From: Prochlorococcus sp. AG-442-N07
Lineage (GTDB): Bacteria > Cyanobacteriota > Cyanobacteriia > PCC-6307 > Cyanobiaceae
DNA length: 64,000 nt
Assembly: GCA_003209675.1 (NCBI GenBank)
Contig: QCPX01000008.1
Location: forward strand, 3,429-67,428
Reading direction: 5' to 3'
In this document: piece by piece, positions 45,025-53,072 of the stretch
Numbering within the stretch: position 1 is the first letter of the stretch
How the letters are laid out: every line of letters begins with the position of its first letter
Translations under genes and position numbers: made by a program
The notes under the pieces: generated by a model
Seen by the model: only the letters and a program-made list of their open reading frames with translations
Told to the model about the DNA's origin: nothing
The model's database searches: none

Positions 45025-46467
45025 TTATTTACCTACAACCCATGTATCTTTGCATCCTCCACCTTGAGAAGAGTTTACAACTAATGATCCTTTTTTTAAT
45101 GCTACCCTCGTAAGCCCACCTGGACTAACCCATGAATCTTTTCCTCTCAAGATATATGGTCTTAAATCAACATGGCATGGATATAGTTCTCCATCACATA
45201 ACGATGGTACAGTAGATAATTCTAATGTTGGTTGTGCTACGAAATTTCTAGGATTTTTTCTAATTTTATTAGCAAATTCCTCTATTTCACTGCTTGTTGA
45301 GTGAGGCCCAATTAACATTCCATATCCACCAGCTTCAGCGACAGACTTAACAACAAGTTTTGGTAAATTTTCTAGAACGTATTCCCGATCCTTTTCGTAA
45401 TGACAAATATATGTTTCTACATTTTTAATAATAATTTCTTCATCAAGATAATATTTAATCATTTTTGGAACAAAAGAATAAATCATTTTGTCATCTGCTA
45501 TTCCAGTCCCAGGTGCATTTGCTAAAGCAACATGACCTGCTTTGAAAACATCAAGTAATCCGCTAACACCCAGGCAGGAATCTTTTCTAAAATTAAGAGG
45601 ATCTAAAAAATCATCATCAATTCGTCTGTAAATGACATCTACCCTCTTTAAACCGGAGGTAGTTTTTAAATATACATAATTATCATTACAAATTAAGTCA
45701 TGACCCTGTACTAATTGGATGCCCATTTCTTGCGCTAAATAACTATGTTCAAAATATGCACTATTAAAAATTCCTGGAGTTAGTAGAACTATTTTGGGAG
45801 TGTCTGTCCAAACAGCAAGTTCTTGAAGAGTTTTTAAAAGATATGATGGATATTCATCAATTGGTTTTACTATTCTTCCAGAAAAAAGATTAGGGAAAAT
45901 ATTTTTCATAACTAATCTATTTTCTAAAAAATAAGCAACCCCAGAAGGACACCTTAAATTATCTTCTAAAACATGCCAATCTCCTTTTCTGTCCCTTATT
46001 AAATCAAGTCCCGAAATTTGACACCATTTATTTAATGGAGGTTTGAAACCTATCATTTGAGGTCTCCAACCTTCTGAACTCTCGATTAACTCTCTTGGAA
46101 TTATTCCATCATTAATTATATTTTGAGAATTATAAATATCGTCTAGGAATAAATCAATTGCCTCAAGCCTTTGTTTTAGGCCTTTTTCTAATGTTACCCA
46201 ATCATCTTTACTTATTATTCTTGGCAGTGGATCAAAAGGTAATATTCTCTCAGTACCTTTTAAACCTGTATCGTTTAATCTGAAAGTGGCACCATGTCTT
46301 AATAATAATTTTTTTGCTGCAGAATGATTCCTGTTTAACTCTTCAAGACCCATATTATCTAAAGAGGATAGAAGTGGAATTAATATTTCTCTTGCAGAGT
46401 TGACGTTATCTTTAAAGTATTCATCAAAACTATTTTTTGGACGATAGCTTGAAAACATATATTTCAT
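45025..46467 (-). CDS. Circularly permuted type 2 ATP-grasp protein (DUF404/407)
   Basis: PFDPLPR, VLEDNLRCPSG, RVDVIYRRIDD, NAPGTG, HVDLRPY and VVNSSQGGGCKDTWV motifs. Confidence 0.93.
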   Translation of the reverse strand: MKYMFSSYRPKNSFDEYFKDNVNSAREILIPLLSSLDNMGLEELNRNHSAAKKLLLRHGATFRLNDTGLKGTERILPFDPLPRIISKDDWVTLEKGLKQRLEAIDLFLDDIYNSQNIINDGIIPRELIESSEGWRPQMIGFKPPLNKWCQISGLDLIRDRKGDWHVLEDNLRCPSGVAYFLENRLVMKNIFPNLFSGRIVKPIDEYPSYLLKTLQELAVWTDTPKIVLLTPGIFNSAYFEHSYLAQEMGIQLVQGHDLICNDNYVYLKTTSGLKRVDVIYRRIDDDFLDPLNFRKDSCLGVSGLLDVFKAGHVALANAPGTGIADDKMIYSFVPKMIKYYLDEEIIIKNVETYICHYEKDREYVLENLPKLVVKSVAEAGGYGMLIGPHSTSSEIEEFANKIRKNPRNFVAQPTLELSTVPSLCDGELYPCHVDLRPYILRGKDSWVSPGGLTRVALKKGSLVVNSSQGGGCKDTWVVGK

Positions 46468-46505
46468 GGTTTAATAACTTTTACTTTAGCTTCAAATCTT
46501 TATTC

Positions 46506-46519
46506 GTATTTATGGCTAC
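46506..46519. promoter_or_regulatory. Putative NtcA-binding site
   Basis: Exact GTA-N8-TAC (GTATTTATGGCTAC), 39 nt upstream of the ATP-grasp ATG; the -10 element at canonical spacing is imperfect. Confidence 0.6.
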
Positions 46520-46596
46520 AAAAAAAAACATCTCCTAACTCGATCTATTTCTTTATTTTGATCATTGAAGTATATTTTTTAAAAATCTAAAAAAGT

Positions 46597-46833
46597 ATGA
46601 ATTCTAGTAATTGGCAATTTGTTTTTTTTAGATATTTCGCAAGCTTTCTTTTTATTCTCTCTCACAGTTTGCTTGTTCTTGATCATTTACCTATTGGGGC
46701 GGCACTCCATGGACTTGGGGAAGTTTTTATTGCGCCTTGGGCTTTTAGGGAAAGAGCATGGGATCTTGTTGTAATTGCAGTTTTATTTTTCTTCTTCGAT
46801 ATCTGGGGACTGATAAACACACCTTGGAATTAA
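46597..46833 (+). CDS. Small hypothetical membrane protein
   Basis: 78-aa hydrophobic ORF divergent from the ATP-grasp operon. Confidence 0.65.
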   Translation: MNSSNWQFVFFRYFASFLFILSHSLLVLDHLPIGAALHGLGEVFIAPWAFRERAWDLVVIAVLFFFFDIWGLINTPWN

Positions 46834-46876
46834 CTGATATTATTTATTTAATAATTTTGGGAAAATCATAATAAAA

Positions 46877-47095
46877 ATGAAGTCTTATTTTTATCAAATT
46901 TATAAAATAATATTTCTTATATTACTTTCGAGTATTTCAAATTTATATGCACATAACTTATTTAATGGTGGTTGCAAAGAACATTGTGGGCAAAAAGTTA
47001 AAGTAATAAGTAATAACAAATTAAAAAATATTGATGATCAAATAAATATTGAGAGCAAAAATTCTTGTTTAAATAAATCACTATGTAGAGGTTGA
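46877..47095 (+). CDS. Small secreted Cys-containing protein
   Basis: Signal peptide ending LYA, then HNLFNGGCKEHC...CLNKSLCRG. Confidence 0.55.
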   Translation: MKSYFYQIYKIIFLILLSSISNLYAHNLFNGGCKEHCGQKVKVISNNKLKNIDDQINIESKNSCLNKSLCRG

Positions 47096-47119
47096 ACTCT
47101 CGAGATTTTTTAAATTGTT

Positions 47120-47395
47120 TTATGAAAGTGTTTCTTTGGTAATTATGATTAAAGTACTATTTGCTTGATAATTTTTATTAGGAGGATTTATTTGATTTTT
47201 AATTAAAAAAATAAAAGTATATATCAACGGTAGAAGTAATGATGACGCTGCAACTAAAGCAATTATCTGGTTCAACCTAATAAATGGTTTTTTTACAAGA
47301 TCCTCTCCGCACAAGCCACAAATCAAATTACCTTTTGAGGATTGTTTTTGAAATTGATATTTAGGATTGCAATATGGGCAATAATATCGAACCAT
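47120..47395 (-). CDS. Zinc-ribbon protein with C-terminal TM helix
   Basis: CPYC-x17-CGLC followed by a hydrophobic helix. Confidence 0.7.
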   Translation of the reverse strand: MVRYYCPYCNPKYQFQKQSSKGNLICGLCGEDLVKKPFIRLNQIIALVAASSLLLPLIYTFIFLIKNQINPPNKNYQANSTLIIITKETLS

Positions 47396-47451
47396 TTTAA
47401 AATTTTATTGCTTTAATCATTATCTATAAAACTAGAATAAAGTCATCTTAT

Positions 47452-47483
47452 AAAAAAAAGAGGGCTTATTTAAGCCCTCTTTT
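47452..47483 (-). terminator. Rho-independent terminator
   Basis: Perfect 12-bp stem AAAAGAGGGCTT-ATTT-AAGCCCTCTTTT with a U-tract on the minus strand. Confidence 0.8.
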
Positions 47484-47578
47484 ATCTCTTACTTATATTT
47501 TTTACTGAAGTTAATAACGCACCTGAATCATGGATCCTTGTTGCTAACTTCTATTAAGCTAATGCTCACCAAAATTAA

Positions 47579-47668
47579 CTAATTGTCTTTAACTGGGGCA
47601 AAAACTCTAGAATTAAGCTTGTTTCTTAAAGGGCACCTAAACGATGCAGAAGAAGGAAGCTTAGACAT
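47579..47668 (-). CDS. Candidate 29-aa peptide within a putative small transcript
   Basis: Manual translation MSKLPSSASFRCPLRNKLNSRVFAPVKDN; strong terminator ~95 nt downstream. Confidence 0.35.
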   Translation of the reverse strand: MSKLPSSASFRCPLRNKLNSRVFAPVKDN

Positions 47669-47954
47669 TAATAAAAAATAATTGGAGCAGTTAATTAAAT
47701 TAGTTCGGTTTATTCCGAAATTTCAGGCAGGCTATCGATCATTTTGAAAGACCTCCTATAACTCAACAATATAAAATTAGGAAAATATTTCTCTAAAGAC
47801 AATCCGTTTTTATACGCATTGCTTTTTATTTAAAAATGTCCGAGAGTAGTAATCAATCGTGCTAATTTTTTTGAGATATTTTTAGTAAGTTTTGCTTATT
47901 TCCTTTGATATTTAATTCGTCTATCTTAATTTTAAATAATTGAGGAAATCTTTT

Positions 47955-48110
47955 ATGAATCATTCGAAAGAAGTTAGTAAAACTGATAAATCTAATCCCA
48001 TAGACGAATATTTTCAATGTCTTTCATATTGCGATATTCACCCAAAAGGGATAGATAATGACTGTGAGGTTATTTGTATGGAAAGACATTTAAAAGCTAA
48101 CTATTGGTAA
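47955..48110 (+). CDS. 51-aa twin CX3C microprotein
   Basis: Manual translation MNHSKEVSKTDKSNPIDEYFQCLSYCDIHPKGIDNDCEVICMERHLKANYW; GAGGA RBS at 47942-47946. Confidence 0.7.
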   Translation: MNHSKEVSKTDKSNPIDEYFQCLSYCDIHPKGIDNDCEVICMERHLKANYW

Positions 48111-48128
48111 TTAATAAATTTGTACTTT

Positions 48129-49202
48129 TTACTTAAATCCCTTTGAAAAAAGGTTAGTACGAACTTTAAATTTCCATACATTTACAACACCTTTTGCATT
48201 GACTGCTGCAAGTGCACAATCATCAGGTCTCCAAGATATTGCCCCTACTAAATCTCCTGCGAATGCAGCCCCAACGGGATCACCATTACCGTCATTTTTG
48301 AGAAAACTTGCGACAACAGAACCATCCCTAGATCCTGAGGCTACAAGCATACCTTTATTTGAAAAGGCTAGGCTCGAAATGGGTTCTGTATGGTGACATA
48401 GCTCTCCTGGCATAGTCCCTTCAGGACCATTTCCTATAAAGCTCCATACTGTAATTCTTTCACTGCCACTAGTTGCTAATAATTTTCCGCTGTCATCAAA
48501 AGAAAGATGACTTGGTTTACCAGGATATCCAGTCATTTCAGCATCCATTCCTGATGATCTTCTCCAAAAATGAACTGAATTGTCTTGACTCCCACAGGCG
48601 ACTATATCTCCATCAGGGCTTAATTCCATAGAGACCAATGATCCTTGCCACTCCAGTTTTTGATTCGTTTTATTATTAACAATGTCAAAGAATGTCACTC
48701 TGCCGTAGCATGCAGTTGCGAGCTCATTTTTATTTGACCATGTTATTGCACTTACTGTGCTTGGATGGTCTTCTGAGATCCATTTCTCTTCTCCAATTTC
48801 ATTAAAAACATATACTTTTTTTGAGGAGGCTATCGCTAGAAATAAACCGTTATTAGACCACTTGAGGTGTTCTACCCAACCCTTACCAAGATTAAGTGTT
48901 TTAATTAATTTACCTTCGTGGCAATTACAAATTTGAACATTTCCATCCTGACCTGATGTTGCAAAAATCTCACCCTCTGGATGAATGGCCATTGCTAATA
49001 GACCACCGGAGTGTGTATTTTCTTTTTTCCAAATAATTTTTCCAGTATCTCCTTCGAACGAAAAAAGACCTCCTGATACGTCGCCAACAATAAATTGTTT
49101 CCCTTTAAGAGCCCAGCCACATGCTATGGCGTAATCGTTAACTTCAGCAGTCCATCCTTCATGGAACATGCCTCTTGGGCTAAATGGTTCTATATCAGGC
49201 AT
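48129..49202 (-). CDS. WD40-repeat beta-propeller protein
   Basis: Repeated H...A..GQDG.V.I, SQDNSVHFW, SRDGSV and VNVWK units; overlaps the cobW-like stop by 13 nt. Confidence 0.9.
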   Translation of the reverse strand: MPDIEPFSPRGMFHEGWTAEVNDYAIACGWALKGKQFIVGDVSGGLFSFEGDTGKIIWKKENTHSGGLLAMAIHPEGEIFATSGQDGNVQICNCHEGKLIKTLNLGKGWVEHLKWSNNGLFLAIASSKKVYVFNEIGEEKWISEDHPSTVSAITWSNKNELATACYGRVTFFDIVNNKTNQKLEWQGSLVSMELSPDGDIVACGSQDNSVHFWRRSSGMDAEMTGYPGKPSHLSFDDSGKLLATSGSERITVWSFIGNGPEGTMPGELCHHTEPISSLAFSNKGMLVASGSRDGSVVASFLKNDGNGDPVGAAFAGDLVGAISWRPDDCALAAVNAKGVVNVWKFKVRTNLFSKGFK

Positions 49203-50539
49203 TTATCAAAGCCTTCTTGCATCTCTTTCTCATTTAAATTTCTACCGATAAAAACAAGTTGATTTCTACGAGGTTCGTTACCCCATTCTTTATCAGGTTG
49301 TGCAGTAAATAACATGTGAACTCCCTGGAAAACTATTCTCCTTGGGTTACCTGAGTAACTTATGAAACCTTTAGTTCTGAATATATCCACTCCTTTTTCT
49401 GATAGAAGTCTTCCCATCCAAGTATTTAGTTTTTCTGGGTCAACATCTCCAAAACGCTCTATAGCAATTGAGCCTACTTCATCATCATGTTCGTGCTCTG
49501 CTTGCCAGAATCTTTCAGTATTAAATGAAATCTCTTTATTTTCGTCACTTTTAATGACTTTCATATTGAATTCTTCAGCAGTGTGCTGTGTAAACAAACC
49601 TATTTTTGTTGGTTTTTCTATGTTCAGGATGAAGGATTTATTTCCTTTATCCTCCAATTTGAGATTTATATGTTCTCCATATGGGACGGTATTTCCAGGA
49701 TCTAAACTATTAGCTTTTTCTGCATAAAGTCTCACGGAGGATTCAGCACCATCTTTAAGTTCCTCTTCACTCTCTCCTTGGTTAGCGAGGGCTACTAAGG
49801 ACATTTCTGGATCGGGTCCTTCTTCTAGCATTAATTCATATTTACCTGCATCAAGATCGTAAACACCTGTCCATTCAAAAGGATATTCTGGTTCAAGGAA
49901 TGTTGGCCTGCGTTTAAGGATCTGATCAAGATCAAATGCACTTAGATTTAAGACTGTTTCAATTGGTACTTTGGCATTCTCGGCTCTAATAATTCGGGTC
50001 ATTCGGTTCATATCTCTCAATCTCGATTCAAGAGTATTTAGTGCATCATCAGAGACTAAATCAGTTTTATTAAGGACAAGAACATCTGCAAATGCCACTT
50101 GTTCTGAACTTTCATCACTCCTGCCTAGCTGTTGATCAATGTGGGCAGCATCAACTAAAGTCACAATTCCATCAAGAGTGAATTCAGAACTAATCTCTTC
50201 ATCCATGAAAAATGTCTGAGCAACTGGGCCTGGATCTGCTAATCCTGTCGTTTCTACTAAAACATAGTCAAACTTATCTCTTCTTTTCATAAGGTTGCCA
50301 AGGACTCTTATTAAATCACCGCGAACAGTACAACAAATGCACCCGTTTGACATCTCAAACACTTCTTCATCGGCATTAATTACGAGCCCTTGATCTATAC
50401 CCACTTCACCGTATTCATTTTCAATTACGGCTATTCTTTTCCCGTGCTCTTCACTTAGTATTCTATTAAGCAAAGTAGTCTTCCCTGAACCTAAAAATCC
50501 AGTGAGAATAGTAACGGGAACTTTATCTTGGATGCTCAT
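49190..50539 (-). CDS. COG0523/CobW-type G3E metallochaperone GTPase with an inserted ~125-aa domain
   Basis: TGFLGSGKTT, NEYGE, GCICC metal motif, ETTG, NKTD; CobW_C (FRTKG, QGVH, LVFIGRNL). Confidence 0.93.
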   Translation of the reverse strand: MSIQDKVPVTILTGFLGSGKTTLLNRILSEEHGKRIAVIENEYGEVGIDQGLVINADEEVFEMSNGCICCTVRGDLIRVLGNLMKRRDKFDYVLVETTGLADPGPVAQTFFMDEEISSEFTLDGIVTLVDAAHIDQQLGRSDESSEQVAFADVLVLNKTDLVSDDALNTLESRLRDMNRMTRIIRAENAKVPIETVLNLSAFDLDQILKRRPTFLEPEYPFEWTGVYDLDAGKYELMLEEGPDPEMSLVALANQGESEEELKDGAESSVRLYAEKANSLDPGNTVPYGEHINLKLEDKGNKSFILNIEKPTKIGLFTQHTAEEFNMKVIKSDENKEISFNTERFWQAEHEHDDEVGSIAIERFGDVDPEKLNTWMGRLLSEKGVDIFRTKGFISYSGNPRRIVFQGVHMLFTAQPDKEWGNEPRRNQLVFIGRNLNEKEMQEGFDKCLI

Positions 50540-50591
50540 TTACTGATTTTTACTAAATAAACAATAGTTTAATAATAGTAATAATTAGAAA

Positions 50592-50606
50592 TGAAAACCG
50601 TTTTTA
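50592..50606. promoter_or_regulatory. Putative Zur box upstream of the cobW-like gene
   Basis: 7-1-7 near-palindrome TGAAAAC-C-GTTTTTA flanked by AA/TT, 53 nt upstream of the cobW-like ATG. Confidence 0.5.
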
Positions 50607-50616
50607 TTAGAAAAAT

Positions 50617-52152
50617 TTAATCTGAAAGTTTGTACCATTCAGACTCAAGATTGGAGCCAGATTCTTTATCGCAGCTTCCACCTAATGAATCAACAATTGT
50701 ACAAGTGTTGTGTACAGCTACTGTAATAGTATTACCATCCATCATCAATCCATCAACAAATATTTGATCAGGAGAAATAGGAATAGAACTTTGTCTGCTT
50801 AGATTTCTTAACAGTTTGGAAGCAGGTTTTTGCTCTGGGAAAAGAGCCAAAACATTATCTTCTTTAAGTTCTTTAAGTACAGACTTTATATTTTCCGGTC
50901 TTAAGCTTGAGGAGTCTCCAAGAAAGTCAAGTAAACTAATGGTTTCAAAACCAAAAGCATCACCGTAGTATTCCATCGCCTTGTGTTTAGACACAATTAC
51001 TCTGTTCTCCTCAGGAATGGAACCTACTTGTTCGACGATCCAACTATCCAAGTCTTCCAAGATAGAATCAGCCTTTTCAAATCTTTCATTAATTTGCTTT
51101 CTTATGCTTCTCTTGGAAGCATCCTTCTTTAAACTTTCGTTTATAACATTTCCCATTTTTATAATGTTATGAGGATCATGCCAGACATGAGGATCTAGTC
51201 CTCCATGGTCATGATGATGATGACCCTCTCCTTCATCTGGTACTTGTGCTATCGGCTCTACATCACTATTCAATGCGTCTTTAAAAAAGTGCTCATTTGC
51301 CTCAAACTCAAAAGGCATGTGTTCAGTAAAAAATGTGTACTGACCATCTTCTTTAATTTCAACGTTGAAAACTGTGCTTTCTTTTCGTTGATCAAAGTTA
51401 AGCACAAAAGCTTTATTACTTGCTGTAAGAGTCCCATTATTATTTCTCCTTGTTGAGAATCTAGATCCTAATAGTTCTTTAGCTAAATCTTCCGACCCCT
51501 CTATGTCAATAGATTTTAGAATTACCATTTTCATTGCAGGATCTGCATATTCGCCATCAACTTTTGCGAATGACCATTTGTAGGATCCTTTAGATAACTG
51601 GAATTTACCTGCCCATTCGAAAGCTCCTTCAGCATGGTCATCATGTCCACCATGATCTGAGTGATCATCGTGACCTCCATGATCAGAGTGATCGTCATGA
51701 CCTCCATGATCAGAGTGGTCATCTATCTTAGCTGAATGTTCAGCGTGATCATCATGTCCCGCATGATCAGAGTGGTCATCTACATTTATTGCGCTAACGC
51801 CTATAACAACTGTTTGCTTTTTGCTTTCCCAATTTCTCATACTTGGAGTCATTTCTTTACCAAGAGTGAATACTTTATCGGCGTTATTAAGTAATTGAGC
51901 TTGTCTTGGATTGATCTTAAAGTCATGAACATCCTGCTTTCTATCTACTAAGCATGTAACTTCGTCAGAAGGTAATGCAATTGATTTAACTAAATCACAA
52001 ACTAGTGGTTCTACTGCTACGTATGACTTTCCCTTAGCCAAAACATCTTGCCCAAAACCAGAAAATATTATTGTTCCTGCTATCACGGAATTTTTGATAA
52101 TTGAATTACTTGAACTTGTTTTATTTGTTAAAAGTCTTTCCAAAATTGACAT
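50617..52152 (-). CDS. znuA: Zn/Mn (cluster A-I) ABC transporter substrate-binding protein with His/Asp repeats and an inserted domain
   Basis: QDVHDF, DPHVWHDP and VSKHKAMEYY ligand motifs; long His-rich loop; Zur box upstream. Confidence 0.85.
   Translation of the reverse strand: MSILERLLTNKTSSSNSIIKNSVIAGTIIFSGFGQDVLAKGKSYVAVEPLVCDLVKSIALPSDEVTCLVDRKQDVHDFKINPRQAQLLNNADKVFTLGKEMTPSMRNWESKKQTVVIGVSAINVDDHSDHAGHDDHAEHSAKIDDHSDHGGHDDHSDHGGHDDHSDHGGHDDHAEGAFEWAGKFQLSKGSYKWSFAKVDGEYADPAMKMVILKSIDIEGSEDLAKELLGSRFSTRRNNNGTLTASNKAFVLNFDQRKESTVFNVEIKEDGQYTFFTEHMPFEFEANEHFFKDALNSDVEPIAQVPDEGEGHHHHDHGGLDPHVWHDPHNIIKMGNVINESLKKDASKRSIRKQINERFEKADSILEDLDSWIVEQVGSIPEENRVIVSKHKAMEYYGDAFGFETISLLDFLGDSSSLRPENIKSVLKELKEDNVLALFPEQKPASKLLRNLSRQSSIPISPDQIFVDGLMMDGNTITVAVHNTCTIVDSLGGSCDKESGSNLESEWYKLSD
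51634..51780 (-). repeat. 27-nt coding tandem repeat (DDHSDHGGH units)
   Basis: Three near-identical 27-nt units in tandem plus degenerate flanking copies encoding DDHSDHAGH and DDHAEH. Confidence 0.9.
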
Positions 52153-52176
52153 AAAAAATTATTAAATACTTAAAAA

Positions 52177-52191
52177 TGATAATCATTTTCA
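52177..52191. promoter_or_regulatory. Zur box in the divergent znuA/znuC promoter
   Basis: TGATAAT-C-ATTTTCA, one mismatch from the cyanobacterial TGATAATNATTATCA 7-1-7 consensus, with AA/TT flanks; 25 nt from the znuA start. Confidence 0.8.
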
Positions 52192-52287
52192 TTATTCAAG
52201 GCAAGTAAAGGTATCAAATGTTATGAAAATAATATGAAACTTGTATTATTGGTAAGCTTATAAAGTGACTTTTTTCAAGATTAATTA

Positions 52288-53058
52288 ATGGCTACTTTAG
52301 TCGCTGAAAATTTAACCTACTCATACACAAAAAAAAGTAAGCCAGTTTTAAGTAAGGTATCGGTTGAGATTAAACCTGGTACTCTAACAGCGCTAGTTGG
52401 TCCAAACGGAGCTGGCAAATCTACTCTTTTAAGAATATTGCAGGGACAATGTATTCCGGATAATGGCCAGATAACAATTGATGGGGAGAAGTTAATTAGA
52501 CAAAGATCTCAAGTCTCACTTATGCCACAAAGAAGCTCTATGAATTGGAAATTTCCAATAACTGTAGAAAAACTAGTTTCATTAGGACAAATAAAATACT
52601 CAAAATCAAAAAGTAGTAGTCCTTTTCAAATAAAAGCTCTTCTTGCCAACCCTAATGCATGGATTAATAAATGCTGTGAACTAGAGGCCACAATGCAAAG
52701 AGTCGGCATTGCAAATATTGCTAACAGAAGGCTTGATTCTTTATCTGGGGGACAACAACAAAGAGCTTTATTAGCCAAAACATTAATGTCTCCAGCAAAA
52801 ATTTACCTTCTTGATGAACCTTGTGCAGCTTTAGATCCACCTGCAAAGGAGGATTTTCTAAAAATTGTTCGTCAACTTGCTGATGCTGGTCTTTCTTTAA
52901 TGGTAAGCAGTCATGATTGGGGCACTTCGTTAAATAGTTATGATCAAGTTATTGTTTTGGATAAAGCTGTATTGGCCTCTGGAAGCCCTGATTCTATAAA
53001 AGATAAATTAGAGGATATAAATATCAGCTCAATTGAGGATAATAGTTGTTGTGATTAA
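52288..53058 (+). CDS. znuC: Metal ABC transporter ATP-binding protein
   Basis: GPNGAGKST, LSGGQQQR, LLDEP and SSHD motifs; Cys-containing tail. Confidence 0.88.
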   Translation: MATLVAENLTYSYTKKSKPVLSKVSVEIKPGTLTALVGPNGAGKSTLLRILQGQCIPDNGQITIDGEKLIRQRSQVSLMPQRSSMNWKFPITVEKLVSLGQIKYSKSKSSSPFQIKALLANPNAWINKCCELEATMQRVGIANIANRRLDSLSGGQQQRALLAKTLMSPAKIYLLDEPCAALDPPAKEDFLKIVRQLADAGLSLMVSSHDWGTSLNSYDQVIVLDKAVLASGSPDSIKDKLEDINISSIEDNSCCD

Positions 53059-53072
53059 AAAAATATTTAGTT

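Noticed and set aside
51634-51780. 27-nt repeats as a possible CRISPR array
   Set aside because: The repeats are contiguous with no spacers, in frame, and encode the His-rich loop of znuA; there are no cas genes
48129-52152. Apparently higher GC of the cobW/znuA block as a sign of horizontal transfer
   Set aside because: By eye it is similar to core genes such as gyrA and leuA, and the contrast is only against AT-rich microprotein DNA. A sliding-window GC and codon analysis would be needed.
52224-52238. Second Zur-like site TGAAAATAATATGAA before znuC
   Set aside because: Only the left half matches; the right half is 4/7, within expectation for AT-rich DNA
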